A DNA stretch of 64,000 nucleotides, taken from positions 23,418,999 through 23,482,998 of the forward strand of contig NC_057749.1 of assembly GCF_004010195.1 (NCBI RefSeq), written 5' to 3'. This DNA is from Chiloscyllium plagiosum (Eukaryota). The translations under genes were made by a program, and so were the position numbers. Positions within the stretch are counted from its first letter, which is position 1, and each line of letters starts with the position of its first letter. Positions 1 to 10,731 of this stretch are shown here, one piece after another. The notes beneath the pieces were generated by a model that saw only the letters and a program-made list of their open reading frames with translations, was not told where the DNA came from and did no database searches.

Positions 1-337
1 CTTCTGGGCTGCTGGAATTACCTGGGAGACAAATGCATTTTCTGAATTTTGCCAAGGATTGTGTTTAAAGGATATTGCTATATTGGAACAGTTAAATAGT
101 AATTACTGAACCCCCCAATAGTCTGTTCAGTTTTTCAATAGAATCAAGTTATTTTAAATCCCTCTTTCTTTAGTTGTATTTCAACTATAGTGTTTCAATA
201 AATTGTTTTGCTTAATGTTTGACCAGTCACACTGCACCTGGAACACGGCACTTCACATTTCCCTTTAAACTTGAAAAAAGTTCAGATCTAGGCTACCTTC
301 TTCATATATTTTGAGAGGTCTTGTCTGGTCCATAACA
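1..337 (+). mobile_element. 3' part of an LTR (probable solo LTR)
   Basis: Contains AATAAA near 197 and ends ...gtctggtccataaca, an LTR-type AACA terminus. Confidence 0.5.
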
Positions 338-827
338 TTACATAACACCATGATGAAAGCACCATCACCATAAAGATTAGTGTTGGTCCAAGAAGATGGA
401 CAAGGTAGAATGAGCAATAAGTGTGGCCTTCTCAGCATTATCCAGAAACTGTTCTTAAATTACACAAAATGATTATAGGCAGATAGTTTTAAAGCTTCAA
501 ACATTTAATTAGAAACAAACTAGTGCATAATTAACAACCAAGAAAAATGCTTAGGGATCCATGGTTCTTACTAAGTTCACACAGCAGTGGTGTAACACAG
601 CATCATGAATAAAATCGAAAGGAATTGCTTGAGAATATCACCAGACTCTACAATAAGTCTTAACTGTGACATGTAGTGTACTGGATTTCTATTAGTGAAC
701 CAGATGGATTTTTGAAACAAATTTCACAGTGACCATTAATGAGACTAGTTTTATATTCCAGATTTATTTGAAGGCAATTCAATTCCACCAGCTGCCACAG
801 TGATTCCATAAAGTTCAAATCTCAATC

Positions 828-940
828 ATAGAATTTAGAGAATCCCTACAGTGTGGAAGCAGGCCATTTGGCCCATCAAGTCCACAACGACCCTCCGAAG
901 GAAGGATAACCCACCCAGACCCATTCCCTTACCCTACTTG
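828..940 (-). mobile_element. HE1-type SINE 3' fragment
   Basis: ccctacagtgtggaagcaggccatttggccc is the reverse complement of the SINE tail seen at 42536-42855. Confidence 0.75.
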
Positions 941-1018
941 TGTGTGAAAAGCCTGAATCCGGTTTCTAGATCGAGAAATCAGGATTTGATATAATGAATT
1001 GAGTCAGTTTTATTTCTT

Positions 1019-1252
1019 GAATAAAAACAAAATATCCCAGTTGCTGGAAACCTGAAACAAATGCAGAGAATGCTGGAGAAACTCAGCAGGTCTGGAAGCA
1101 TCTGGTGGAGAGAGAAACAGAATTAACGTTTTGAATTTGGTATAACTCTTGTTCAGAATGGATTCATACTGGATGTAAAATGTTAACTCTGGTTTTCTCT
1201 CCACAGAAGTTGCCAAACCTGCTGAATTGCTCCAGCATTCTGCATGTTGGTT
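1019..1252. mobile_element. Palindromic Penelope-type short insert, family B, decayed
   Basis: Inverted arms; 15-bp TSD tcagttttatttctt at 1004-1018 and 1253-1267. Confidence 0.75.
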
Positions 1253-1795
1253 TCAGTTTTATTTCTTCTTGGTCAATCACTGAAATCTGATAATATTGTT
1301 ATGTAATTTCAGATGTGTTTTAGACTTTGTTAAGCACAGGATCATATCTTTAGTCCTTTCAAGTATTGTTGCACACAGCACCTTACCACAATGAGAAGGT
1401 TGACAATTTATAAATGAAACAGGAAAACAAGGAAATTATTATGCTTGGTTAAATAGGAACGAAAGGTAATTTGGGGAAAAAGGGAATGAATTTGCTAGTG
1501 CCTTGATGCTTACCTACAGTGCAAACAAAGCAGATGCAATATGAAGAGCCATTACAGCATCAATATTGGGAGGGTTTAATCACAGCATGGTAAGTTTGCA
1601 TGGGTTATTTCCCATCTAAATGTGCACATGGGGATTTCTAATAAAAATGACAGACAATTATATTAAAAAATGACAATCGGTAGTCAAACTTTCATACAGG
1701 AAGTACTCATCTCATTTCTAATGTAATAAAGAAGTGTCCCTTCAGGAAATCAGGCTGGGTTCAAATACTCATTGCTCTTTTGATGAAATATTTAC

Positions 1796-1885
1796 CTTCG
1801 CCATCTTCACATCCTGGACAGCAACTTTCCTCACAAAACCTTCAGACCCACTTTTTGGGTTTGAAAATCCAATTATCGACTGATC
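1796..1885 (-). CDS. VPS13C: VPS13C exon (PH domain, probably penultimate) DQSIIGFSNPKSGSEGFVRKVAVQDVKMAK
   Basis: 90 nt, cag/gtaaat, phase 0-0; resembles recalled human GCVRKVYLKD segment. Confidence 0.85.
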
Positions 1886-2615
1886 CTGTTTTAAAAAAAA
1901 ACACACAGCTTTTCACCAATAATTCAACTGGAAAAATCTTTACAAACGATATTTTTGAATTATGTTTTAAATGTAATGGCACACTACCCAGCTGAGACAT
2001 TGGCCAGAGATAGGAACAGGAATCGCTGCTCCCACTCCCACCTGGCTCCTGGGCTAGACAGCTGGCCCTGCCCCTCTCTTGTTACCCCAGTGGCCGCAAC
2101 TCCATTGACCCAAGCATAGAGGCCCACCCCGAGCCCGAGGCCCAAGTATTATACTGAGAAGAGTGTCATGGGCACTGACGTACTTATAAAGTCAGGGTCG
2201 GGCTAAATTTTGAGCAAACTCAAGACACAGATAAATCATACTTTTCTAACAACCACTTTGATAAATCACTCAAACTCCTAAACCTTGTTTATATTCTGCT
2301 ATGCACTCAGGGAGGTCTCTAAAAATACAGAAAATTGTTCAAAACTTACAAAAGCTTTAATATTTAATGATCAAACTTCCAGCTACATATTAAATCACAA
2401 GGAAGCATAAGAACAATAGCCTTTGAGAAGTATAGTGCTGCGGAAATCTGTAGTTCGCGTTTTTCATAAAGGATAACACTCTGATTATTACAGTAATTAA
2501 ATGTTAAATTAGTATTTGCCAGTGAGCATAATATAATCATACGTGGAACGTTAATGTCACTCTTTGATCATAAGTAAATCATAGATGCTGGATGCTGTTT
2601 GAGAAATCAGTGTAC

Positions 2616-2736
2616 CTTGATGTACAGACTCAACACATTGCCTTCTAAAGTCGGTGGTTGAACAAATTCTTCAAAAGTGTAATTCCAGTCACTACCAAGA
2701 TGGCCTAGAATCTCATCAGACAGACACACCACCCTC
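2616..2736 (-). CDS. VPS13C: VPS13C exon (PH domain) (R)RVVCLSDEILGHLGSDWNYTFEEFVQPPTLEGNVLSLYIK
   Basis: 121 nt, tag/gtacac, phase 2-0. Confidence 0.92.
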
Positions 2737-3064
2737 CTAAAAGAATGACAGGGAAACAGAAGAGAGAGATCAATTTGTGCTTAGAATGCAGAATTACTAC
2801 TGGTTTCAATTCACATAGTTTGTTTACTATTGACTGGTCTATCAAAACAATTAAAAACCAAATGATCAAAACAATTAAAAACCTAACTGAGCCATAGAGT
2901 GTGGAAAACCTTCCAGAGCCCTCATGGGCTCGGCTTCCCTCTGGTCAATGGAAATCATATACCACCATTTAAACAAACTTTTCACTAAACGTCCTCATAA
3001 ACACTTAGGCTCATTGCAAAGCGATCAATGTATAACTAGCAACCACTTGACAACCAATAAAATT

Positions 3065-3265
3065 GTTAAAAATCACACAACACCAGGTTATAGTCCAACA
3101 GGTTTAATTGGAAGCACACTAGCTTTCGGAGCGACGCTCCTTCATCAGGTGATGAAGGAGCGTCGCTCCGAAAGCTAGTGTGTTTCCAATTAAACCTGTT
3201 GGACTATAACCTGGTGTTGTGTGATTTTTAACTTTGTACACCCCAGTCCAACACCGGCATCTCCG
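3065..3265. mobile_element. Palindromic Penelope-type short insert, family C, with minimal hammerhead core
   Basis: 83-bp inverted arms 3065-3147 and 3150-3232; 12-bp TSD aataaaattgtt at 3056-3067 and 3266-3277. Confidence 0.85.
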
Positions 3266-4569
3266 AATAAAATTGTTGGTATCTTCCCAAAGACTATCTA
3301 AACTTTCATCAGAATAAACACTCAAATTGATGCAAAAAATAATCATCCATTCTGGTTTTTAAAAACACAAACTGATGTCCTTTCACCGAGTATCATGGAC
3401 TTGCCTTTCATAACATCGCCCATCACAAAGATCCTCCGGCCTCGAATCTTCACATCCTAGTGATTTCTGTGTACTGTACTTTGAGTAAATTTCAGCCATT
3501 CCTGCCCCTTTGCTTTGGTCACAGAAAACAGCAAAGCCATTGGTAATATGATACCCCTTCCTATCACCCCCCCAGTGACTGGTTAGCCAGTCCCAGTCTC
3601 CTTTCTAATGAGCTTCATGGTCAAGCCTACAAAAAGGCACAATGCTTGCGGTCACAACTAGCAATTCAGTTCTTAATGCAACAAATAAGGCCCTTGACTT
3701 CTTTTGATTACTCTCTGGTTGACGCACAGCCTTAGAAAAATGGCAGAGGAAGGACCGGCTGATAGCAGAGGAAGAACAATAGATGGAGAGGAAGAACAGA
3801 TGGTGGAAAATAGAGAGATGGAAGGCAAAAAGTTCCAAAATCCTGGAGATGGAATTTTTAAGGTCATGCGAAACTGTTTGAAATCATGAAGAATTAGAAC
3901 ACACAGTCTAAGTATTGGTGAGAACCACAAGAGGTGAAAGATTTCAGAGCATTGGAAGCGTCTGAGAACAGCAGCAATGGGATTGTTTAGATTTAACAGG
4001 ATAGTAAGGTAGAGGAGGGAATCAGCGGTGGGAGAGAGAAGCAGGAGGGGGAGTAAAAGAGAGATGGCAATTTTTGTAACCTACATTTAAGGCATTATCC
4101 TCCTACAGCACTTCAGTTTTCAGGTTCCTCCTAACTGTTAGGCTGCTAGCTAATATGGAAACACCTGCTTTAAAACATTTCTGAGTAATTTTTATCATTG
4201 TTGTCAGCTCCTGCTAGAAAACGGTCTCTCGAGGCTGTGATTTTCCATTTACTTAAAGAAACCACACCTTCCACTGCCTCTTGTGAAAATACTATTGCCT
4301 TGGGAAAATAAAAACCAGCACTGAACTCTCTAACACCCTAATTCCTTTCTGTGGAGAAATAGCCAACAGAAGAAAGGTTTGGCACAGACACTCTGGTGGG
4401 GGGGTGGCTTAACAATATGTGTGCAAGTGTTGTTAACACTGACAGTGTAACACTCATCAAAACATCCTCATTTGACAGTTGGGAAGTCTGAAATTATTAC
4501 ATGTCCCATGGGGATCATTTCTCTAAATACAACAGAAAACAGAGACATGGCCAGAGAGCAGTCTTTAGA

Positions 4570-4920
4570 ATTACAAAGGAGTTTAAACAGGTAGTACACA
4601 AAGAAAATGTTTTCACTTGAGGGGGTGACAATGAACTAGGAATTAGAAATGTACAATAGTCACTAACAAATTAAGTAGGAATTTCAGGGGATATCTCTTT
4701 ATCCAAGGAGTGGTGAGAATCCGAACTCTGTACCTCACGGTAAGGTGACTAATATAGATAGGGAGAGCGAAGCTAGATATATACTTGAGAGAGAAAGGAA
4801 CACAAAACCAAGTTGAAACAGTCAGAGGACATGAAGTAAGCAGCAGCTCATATGCAACATAAACAATTAATTACAAGGTCCAGTGGAAGCAAATAGTTAG
4901 CTCATGTGTTGTAAATTTAC
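4570..4920 (+). mobile_element. Decayed CR1 LINE 3' end
   Basis: Degenerate version of the CR1 ORF2 end (caaggagtggtgagaatccgaactct) seen intact at 34390-35090. Confidence 0.55.
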
Positions 4921-5065
4921 AGTTAAAATACACGTGCACCATTAGAAAACTAATTGTGACCGTGTTAACAACTGAGAGATTAAAGTTTTGTTTGCGTTAT
5001 GCTTTATTTAAATTGGTTATACAAAACTATTGACTCTGCTGAGAACCAGTTGGTGTTTTGTGTAC

Positions 5066-5157
5066 CTGTTTGTGATGAGCAGATGAGCCTTTTTTCTCCC
5101 ATGCAAGCGACAATGAATCCGGTAGTGCTCTCCTTCAAATTTCTGAATATCCAATTT
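5066..5157 (-). CDS. VPS13C: VPS13C exon (PH domain) KLDIQKFEGEHYRIHCRLHGRKKAHLLITN
   Basis: 92 nt, cag/gtacac, phase 0-2. Confidence 0.92.
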
Positions 5158-5199
5158 CTGTCAAAAAAAAATTAAATTTCAGTTGTCATTTTCTCCAGC

Positions 5200-6645
5200 A
5201 CCATACAATCACAGTTACGCACCCAGTGCCCATCAAGCCCATTATGTGCAAGCTCCATACTCCTGGCAGAATGGTTAATTTGTTAGCTCTGATCGCTTGC
5301 AGTCCAATCAGTATAACCAGGTTGGACATAATTTAAGAATGTTGCCTTGAAATGCTAATTGTTAAGATTCAGCAAGTGGTGCAGGGTATCAAATCATCAA
5401 CGATTCAATAAAGTGACACACACTTCATCTCCATGAGTTCCCACTGTCTACTCTCAATATCAGCAAAGTGATAAAGGTGTTGACACCAATGCGAACAATA
5501 ACCTACTCACTGATGTTCTGCTTGGTTTCTGTCAAACCCACCCAGTGCCTGACCACATTAAAGCCTGGTTCAATCCAATGGACAAAAAAGCTGAACTCAA
5601 GGGGGAAGGATGTCTTGCCTTGACATGGAGAGACATTTTGACTGAATGTGGATTTGAGGAATCCTAGCAAAACTGGAGCTAATGGGAATTGGAGGAAAAT
5701 GGTCCACTGGATGAACTAACATAGGACAAAGAAAGATGCTTGTGATCATTGAAGGTTAATCATCTCAATCTCAGAACACTTCCGCAATAGTTCCTCAGGT
5801 CAGTCTCCTAGGCCAGACCATCTTCAGCTGCTTTGCTAATGACCTTCCCTACATTATAAAAACAGAAGTGGTGATGTTTGCTGATGACTGCACAATGTAC
5901 AGCACCATTTGAGAGCCTTGGAAACTAAAGCAATCCGTGTCTAAAGGCAGCAAGACCTGGACAATATGCAGGCTTGGACTGCTAAGTGGCAAATAACAGT
6001 TGACAAACCACAAAAAGTGTCAAGCAATGACTGCCTCCAACAAGAGACAATTCCAACTACCTTACTTGGATTTTTAACCCCACTATTCTAAAACTAAACT
6101 AAATCAGTCATATAAATATTGAGGAGAGGAGACCAGGTCAGAGGTTGGGAATTCTGCAGTAAACACTTCCTAGTCCCTCAAAGCATGCCCATCATTTTCA
6201 TGGCACAAGTCAGGTGTGCGATAGAATACTCTCCACTTTCTTGGATGAGTGCAGCAACAACAACAGTCAAGATGCCAGACACCATCCAAGGCCAAGCAGC
6301 CCACTTGATTTGCGACAATCCTAATACATTTAACATTTGCTCCTTGCACCACCAAAACACGGTAACAGTAGTATGCAACAACTTACCAATGCTCCTTAGG
6401 CAGCACTTTCCAAACCTGCGACCTCTACCATCTAGATTCCCTTCCAAACCACATACCATCCCAACTTAGAATTACAATGGCTGTTTCTCCACGGTCAAAT
6501 TCCCCAAACTCCCTTCCTGTGTGTGGATCTACACCGCATGGATGCTATGGTTCAAGACGGCAGCTGACTACCAGCATCTTAAGGGCAATTAAGGATGAAT
6601 GGAAAATACTGGCTTAACCAATGACACCCACATCCGATGGATTAA
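5200..6645 (+). mobile_element. Decayed CR1/L2-group LINE (RT and 3' tail), second family
   Basis: Remnants of VPQ-S-LG-TIFSCF-NDLP and MFADDC; tail aagggcaattaaggatg shared with the copies at 14040 and 19950. Confidence 0.8.
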
Positions 6646-6684
6646 TTTATAAATAAACAATATTTGAGGAATATACACATTGCG

Positions 6685-6690
6685 TTTATT
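6685..6690 (-). promoter_or_regulatory. AATAAA poly(A) signal (alt exon 2)
   Basis: Minus strand AATAAAcgcaatgtgtatattcctCAaatattgtttattt: CA about 20 nt downstream, then a U/GU-rich element. Confidence 0.5.
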
Positions 6691-7741
6691 GGGGAGGGGA
6701 GGAATGAATTACTGAAAGGATATATCCCATGTTGTAGAATACTAGCCAACCACTTCAGAAAACTTTTGACAACAAAACCTGCAGAAACAATCTGAATGCG
6801 CTATATTTTCATCTATTTCAGTGCCGTTTCTCAAATCTGTACTGTCCCAAATGTAATGCAAGAATTAAATTCTACATTCAAGCCAAACAAAAGCTTCAAT
6901 GGCAAAATCTAGGCTCAATTTGTCTCATTACAGAGAAACGTCAGATTCTAGACTGAAAAAGAGTTCAGATCTCTAGAATGGATCACTTGGAGGGGTTGTG
7001 TTAACAATTCTAAGTTTCAGCTGAGTATATACGTTAGGACAAATACAGGAGTATTTGTTAACCATTCAGCATTACCTGAAGAGAAAGCCAATGCTTTTTT
7101 TTTGGAAACTGAGTTCTCAAATGTCAACATTTTCTGTTTTTTGTAGTCCTACTGCTCAAAATTATATCTGAGGAAATTTCATGACAGAAATGCATTTTGA
7201 AAACTGCAAAGGGTGCACAAAGCACTTAACTGATTTGATTTTAACACCCTATTGTCAACTACATTTCTCTACTTCTCTTAATCGACAGAGCAACATGATG
7301 TAAAAGCAGACAATTGTAGAGTGAAGGCAATGGATATAGTCTACTATGGATGTCGCAGAATTTAAGTGTATGCAATGTTAAAAGCATCTCTGCCAGAAGC
7401 CTTAAGCATCAATCCTTTGTTTTCCAGTTGCACAGAAGCACAATCAAAACACAGGTTTAAATTAAAACCCCTTTCTCGGAGGAGCAGCTATCCTTATAGA
7501 CTAACTTTGCAAATGAGGACAAACTGGAATTCTATCTTTTGACTGCTTGTTAAGTATGTTCTGCATGCAACATTTGGAAAGCAAGACAGTAGGAATCAAG
7601 GGGTGTGTCACTCGAGTCAGGCAGAATTCTTATTTCTAAGGAGAACTGCAGCATTTTCTTTTGTCAATAGGTTTCCTCATAGGCAACTAAAACGCACTAG
7701 CTCTCAACCAGTATTGCAATGGAATCTTTCACGCAAGCAAC

Positions 7742-7837
7742 TCAAGCACTGAACAGCATGGAAACTTGATCGAGATACTCAGCCTCTTCCTTCATCACGA
7801 GTGACAGGTAACTCTCCCTTTTCATGGATTGACAAAA
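7742..7837 (-). CDS. VPS13C: Candidate alternative terminal exon 2, FCQSMKRESYLSLVMKEEAEYLDQVSMLFSA*
   Basis: About 60-nt AG-free pyrimidine tract ending gtgttttccccag|, then a phase-0 31-codon frame to TGA. Confidence 0.55.
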   Translation of the reverse strand, partial: FCQSMKRESYLSLVMKEEAEYLDQVSMLFSA

Positions 7838-7989
7838 CTGGGGAAAACACAGGACAGAAAGTGAAAGAAACCAGGACAGAACAGTCAGGACGTTAAAGAC
7901 AGATACACACAAATTAAACACAGATTTTTGGAAAACAATGCAGAGATAACAACTAATATTCAGAACTTTTCAACATCCCAAGTTACACC

Positions 7990-8830
7990 ACAGAGGAATC
8001 AGACCAAAGTAAATGTCGAGACAGAGGGGAAACTACAAAAGACTTGGCCACAAATGTCAGCCTTAACAAGGGTCTTAAAGAAAGAGAGCTAGGTGGAGTG
8101 GGAACAGACTGCTCTGGAGCTTAGAGAGTAGACAATGGAAGAGATATGACAACTGTTGGATCTTCAGGAAGGAAGCCACGCACAAAATAACTTCTATTCA
8201 AAGCAGTGAAAATAGTTCAACTGGATCACAGAGGTATCAAGGGAAAATCTAACCCACACATTAGGACAGGTAGCCAAAACATTTGATCATAAATTAGATT
8301 CATTTTGGAAGAGATTAGCAGTAGTCTTTTGTGGAGAAACTACCTGTCTTTTGAGTCGATGCAAAAGGGATAATAGTGTTAATAGTGATGAAATTCAATC
8401 CAGAAGCAAAGTTCAAGGGCAAACAATTGGAGGACTCCAGGAGGTCACACCAAGATGGGGGAGGGGTTGGGAGGGGTAGGTGGTGATGCCACAAGCTAAT
8501 TTTGAAGTGGAAATGTAGAAGATTGGGAGTCTATATAGGTAAGCCAAGACACAGGTGATGAGTGGCTCAGACACAGGTGACTGAGACATAGCTCGCGATG
8601 GATAAGAGCTCTGGGTGAGTGCTCAAATTTAGGGTACAAGGTGGCCAGTCAGCAGAGTATGAGAATAATGAGCTCTGGGAGGTGAGAAAGAGACAATGAC
8701 AGTTTCAACAGCAAACTGACTGGTATGCAGGATGAAACAGATGATGTTACAGAGGTGGAAATGGGTAATCTTAATGACGAAGAGGATGAGGCTGGAGGCT
8801 AAGCTTAGGGTCACTGAGGTTGTGAACAGT
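7990..8830 (-). mobile_element. Highly decayed L2-like LINE fragments
   Basis: Purine-rich plus strand with antisense L2-like ORF2 words. Confidence 0.4.
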
Positions 8831-9437
8831 GGGACAAAGATATGACTAAAATTAAGAAATCACATCAACTGACATACAAAGCAGATGTAACATAAAAAAC
8901 AAATAAATAAGTCGCAGCGACAGAATGGCATAAGCATGCTTTTGTGAAAAATGGTATGTACAGCACAGCCTAATTGAGTGTCATGGAGTGCTACCTATTT
9001 TGTTGTTGCAAGCTTAAAACAATTATCCTCTCTAATCACAGATCAACAGCAAGTGCATACAAGGTACTAGCTTTCGGCTAAATGGAAGAAACCTTAGCGA
9101 ACATGGATGCATGTTGTTGTTTACATGTACTGAAAACACTGATTCTACTAAAGTTCAAGTTCACTGTACATGTGAATGACAAATATATGTTGTGTAAATA
9201 TGTAATTTATATAAAAAGGAAATATCTTAGTAAACAATGTAGTGGCAACTGTGTGTGTGGTTGGTATAACACAGGCCACTACAATCTGACAGGATAGGCA
9301 CTAGAGTTTTCACTGATCCACCAGGATTCATAACTCATTGAAAAACAAGCTCAATGTTACATCATGTTTTATCCAATGCTTTTGTTTAATACCAAGAATG
9401 AGAAAAATCAAATAAAGTATGTGGGGATGTAAACTGT

Positions 9438-9443
9438 TTTATT
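9438..9443 (-). promoter_or_regulatory. AATAAA poly(A) signal (distal, alt exon 1)
   Basis: AATAAA followed on the minus strand by CA dinucleotides and a U-rich tract (actttatttgatttttctc). Confidence 0.45.
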
Positions 9444-10319
9444 AGATAAATGCTAGGAACACAACCAGCCAAAAAGATTTCTGAGTGAAGTAAATATGCT
9501 GTCGCTCCTTGCTCACCATTGATAAATTCAGCAGCAGTTAATTCTGTTAACTTTTTTTTTGAGCAGTGTGGAGTGAGAGAAATAGAAAGTGAGAAGGAAA
9601 GTCACTTACACCTCACTCAAACCTTCATATCCCATCAAAATACATCGTTACATCCCCAAAGCTAATTTTTAAAATGGGCGGTCAAGGAACAAAATTGAAA
9701 GTTATAAACATTGAGGAAAAGCTATGCACTATACAGATTTTCATACAAAGTAGCAATTTTGGTGCTTCCCTGTTGATAAATACTGATTGTCGTCACTTCA
9801 CATTCACCCGTGCAACAGGAATTTTGATCTCAACATGTTGGAACGTGCAAAACAAAGATATTGCAATCGGAATATCTCTTATTCTAAAATACCTTTTTGT
9901 TAAGGTTACTTATTGCTTTCTTAATTAGTAGATTATGAAAAGAAATAAAGTTTGACTGCAAGGTCAAAATGTGAACTGAAACGTACATTTTAGTGGTAAG
10001 TTAGAACTCTTTTTGGTTTCAGCAGGAATAGATCGTCAAAAATATAGATACTTCTACTGTTCAAATATACACATTTCAAAATCAATGAGATAAGTGATTA
10101 TCCTTTCGAAACTGATGCTAACTTTAGAAACAAAGAGGTGACTTAAGAGTTACTCTATAAATTTTATATGTAAGTTTATAATGTTACATCATTTTAATCT
10201 GTTTGGTACATTCAATTATCAATTAAAACTAATATTCCACAATTAAACATGCTCGACACATCAGAAAGCAAATTATAAAAATGCATTCAGGACGCTCAAA
10301 GTCAGGCTTTAAAATACAA

Positions 10320-10331
10320 TTTATTTTTATT
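10320..10331 (-). promoter_or_regulatory. Tandem AATAAA poly(A) signals (proximal, alt exon 1)
   Basis: Plus strand tttatt at 10320-10325 and 10326-10331. Confidence 0.4.
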
Positions 10332-10716
10332 TTAAATCAAAGTATCCACTTATTTCCTGCTGCTATAGTAAGAACAATCATAATATAGAAATGAATCAGG
10401 TAGAAATGTACATGAACAAGACTACATGTGTTTCATAGCATGGTTCCTTCATGTTCATAGGTGTACTAGGCTTATCGGTGAGACAACAGAATAATTTGTT
10501 GGATACAAGTTTAAGCGATGTACAAACCCATTCAAAATATACCCGTCCATCATAATATATATATATATACCCACTATTTATCAGAACTTGTATGATAGAG
10601 ATAAGAAAGTTATGTTACAAAATGAATATATTTACATTTGATGCTGAGACAGTAAATCAACAGGTTAAGAAAAAGCTTACAACATAAAATTAGCACAAGC
10701 GAAGAATTTTAAAATC

Positions 10717-10731
10717 TCATTCCATGTCTTG
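10717..10731 (-). CDS. VPS13C: Candidate alternative terminal exon 1, coding part QDME*
   Basis: Minus strand reads ttttttctttctttttttaaacatgcag|CAA GAC ATG GAA TGA. Phase 0 matches the upstream exon. AT-rich UTR-like sequence with AATAAA follows. Confidence 0.65.
   Translation of the reverse strand, partial: QDME

Noticed and set aside
1..1795. Final VPS13C exon
   Set aside because: I found no phase-0 acceptor with a matching C-terminal peptide; it is probably left of the window
2841..2883. 19-bp direct repeat atcaaaacaattaaaaacc twice
   Set aside because: Simple local tandem duplication with no evidence of function
2924..3346. Two convergent ORFs with near-identical C-termini, resembling a gene duplication
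   Set aside because: Artefact of the 83-bp palindrome
6119..6469. 116-aa ORF and overlapping ORFs
   Set aside because: Inside a decayed LINE
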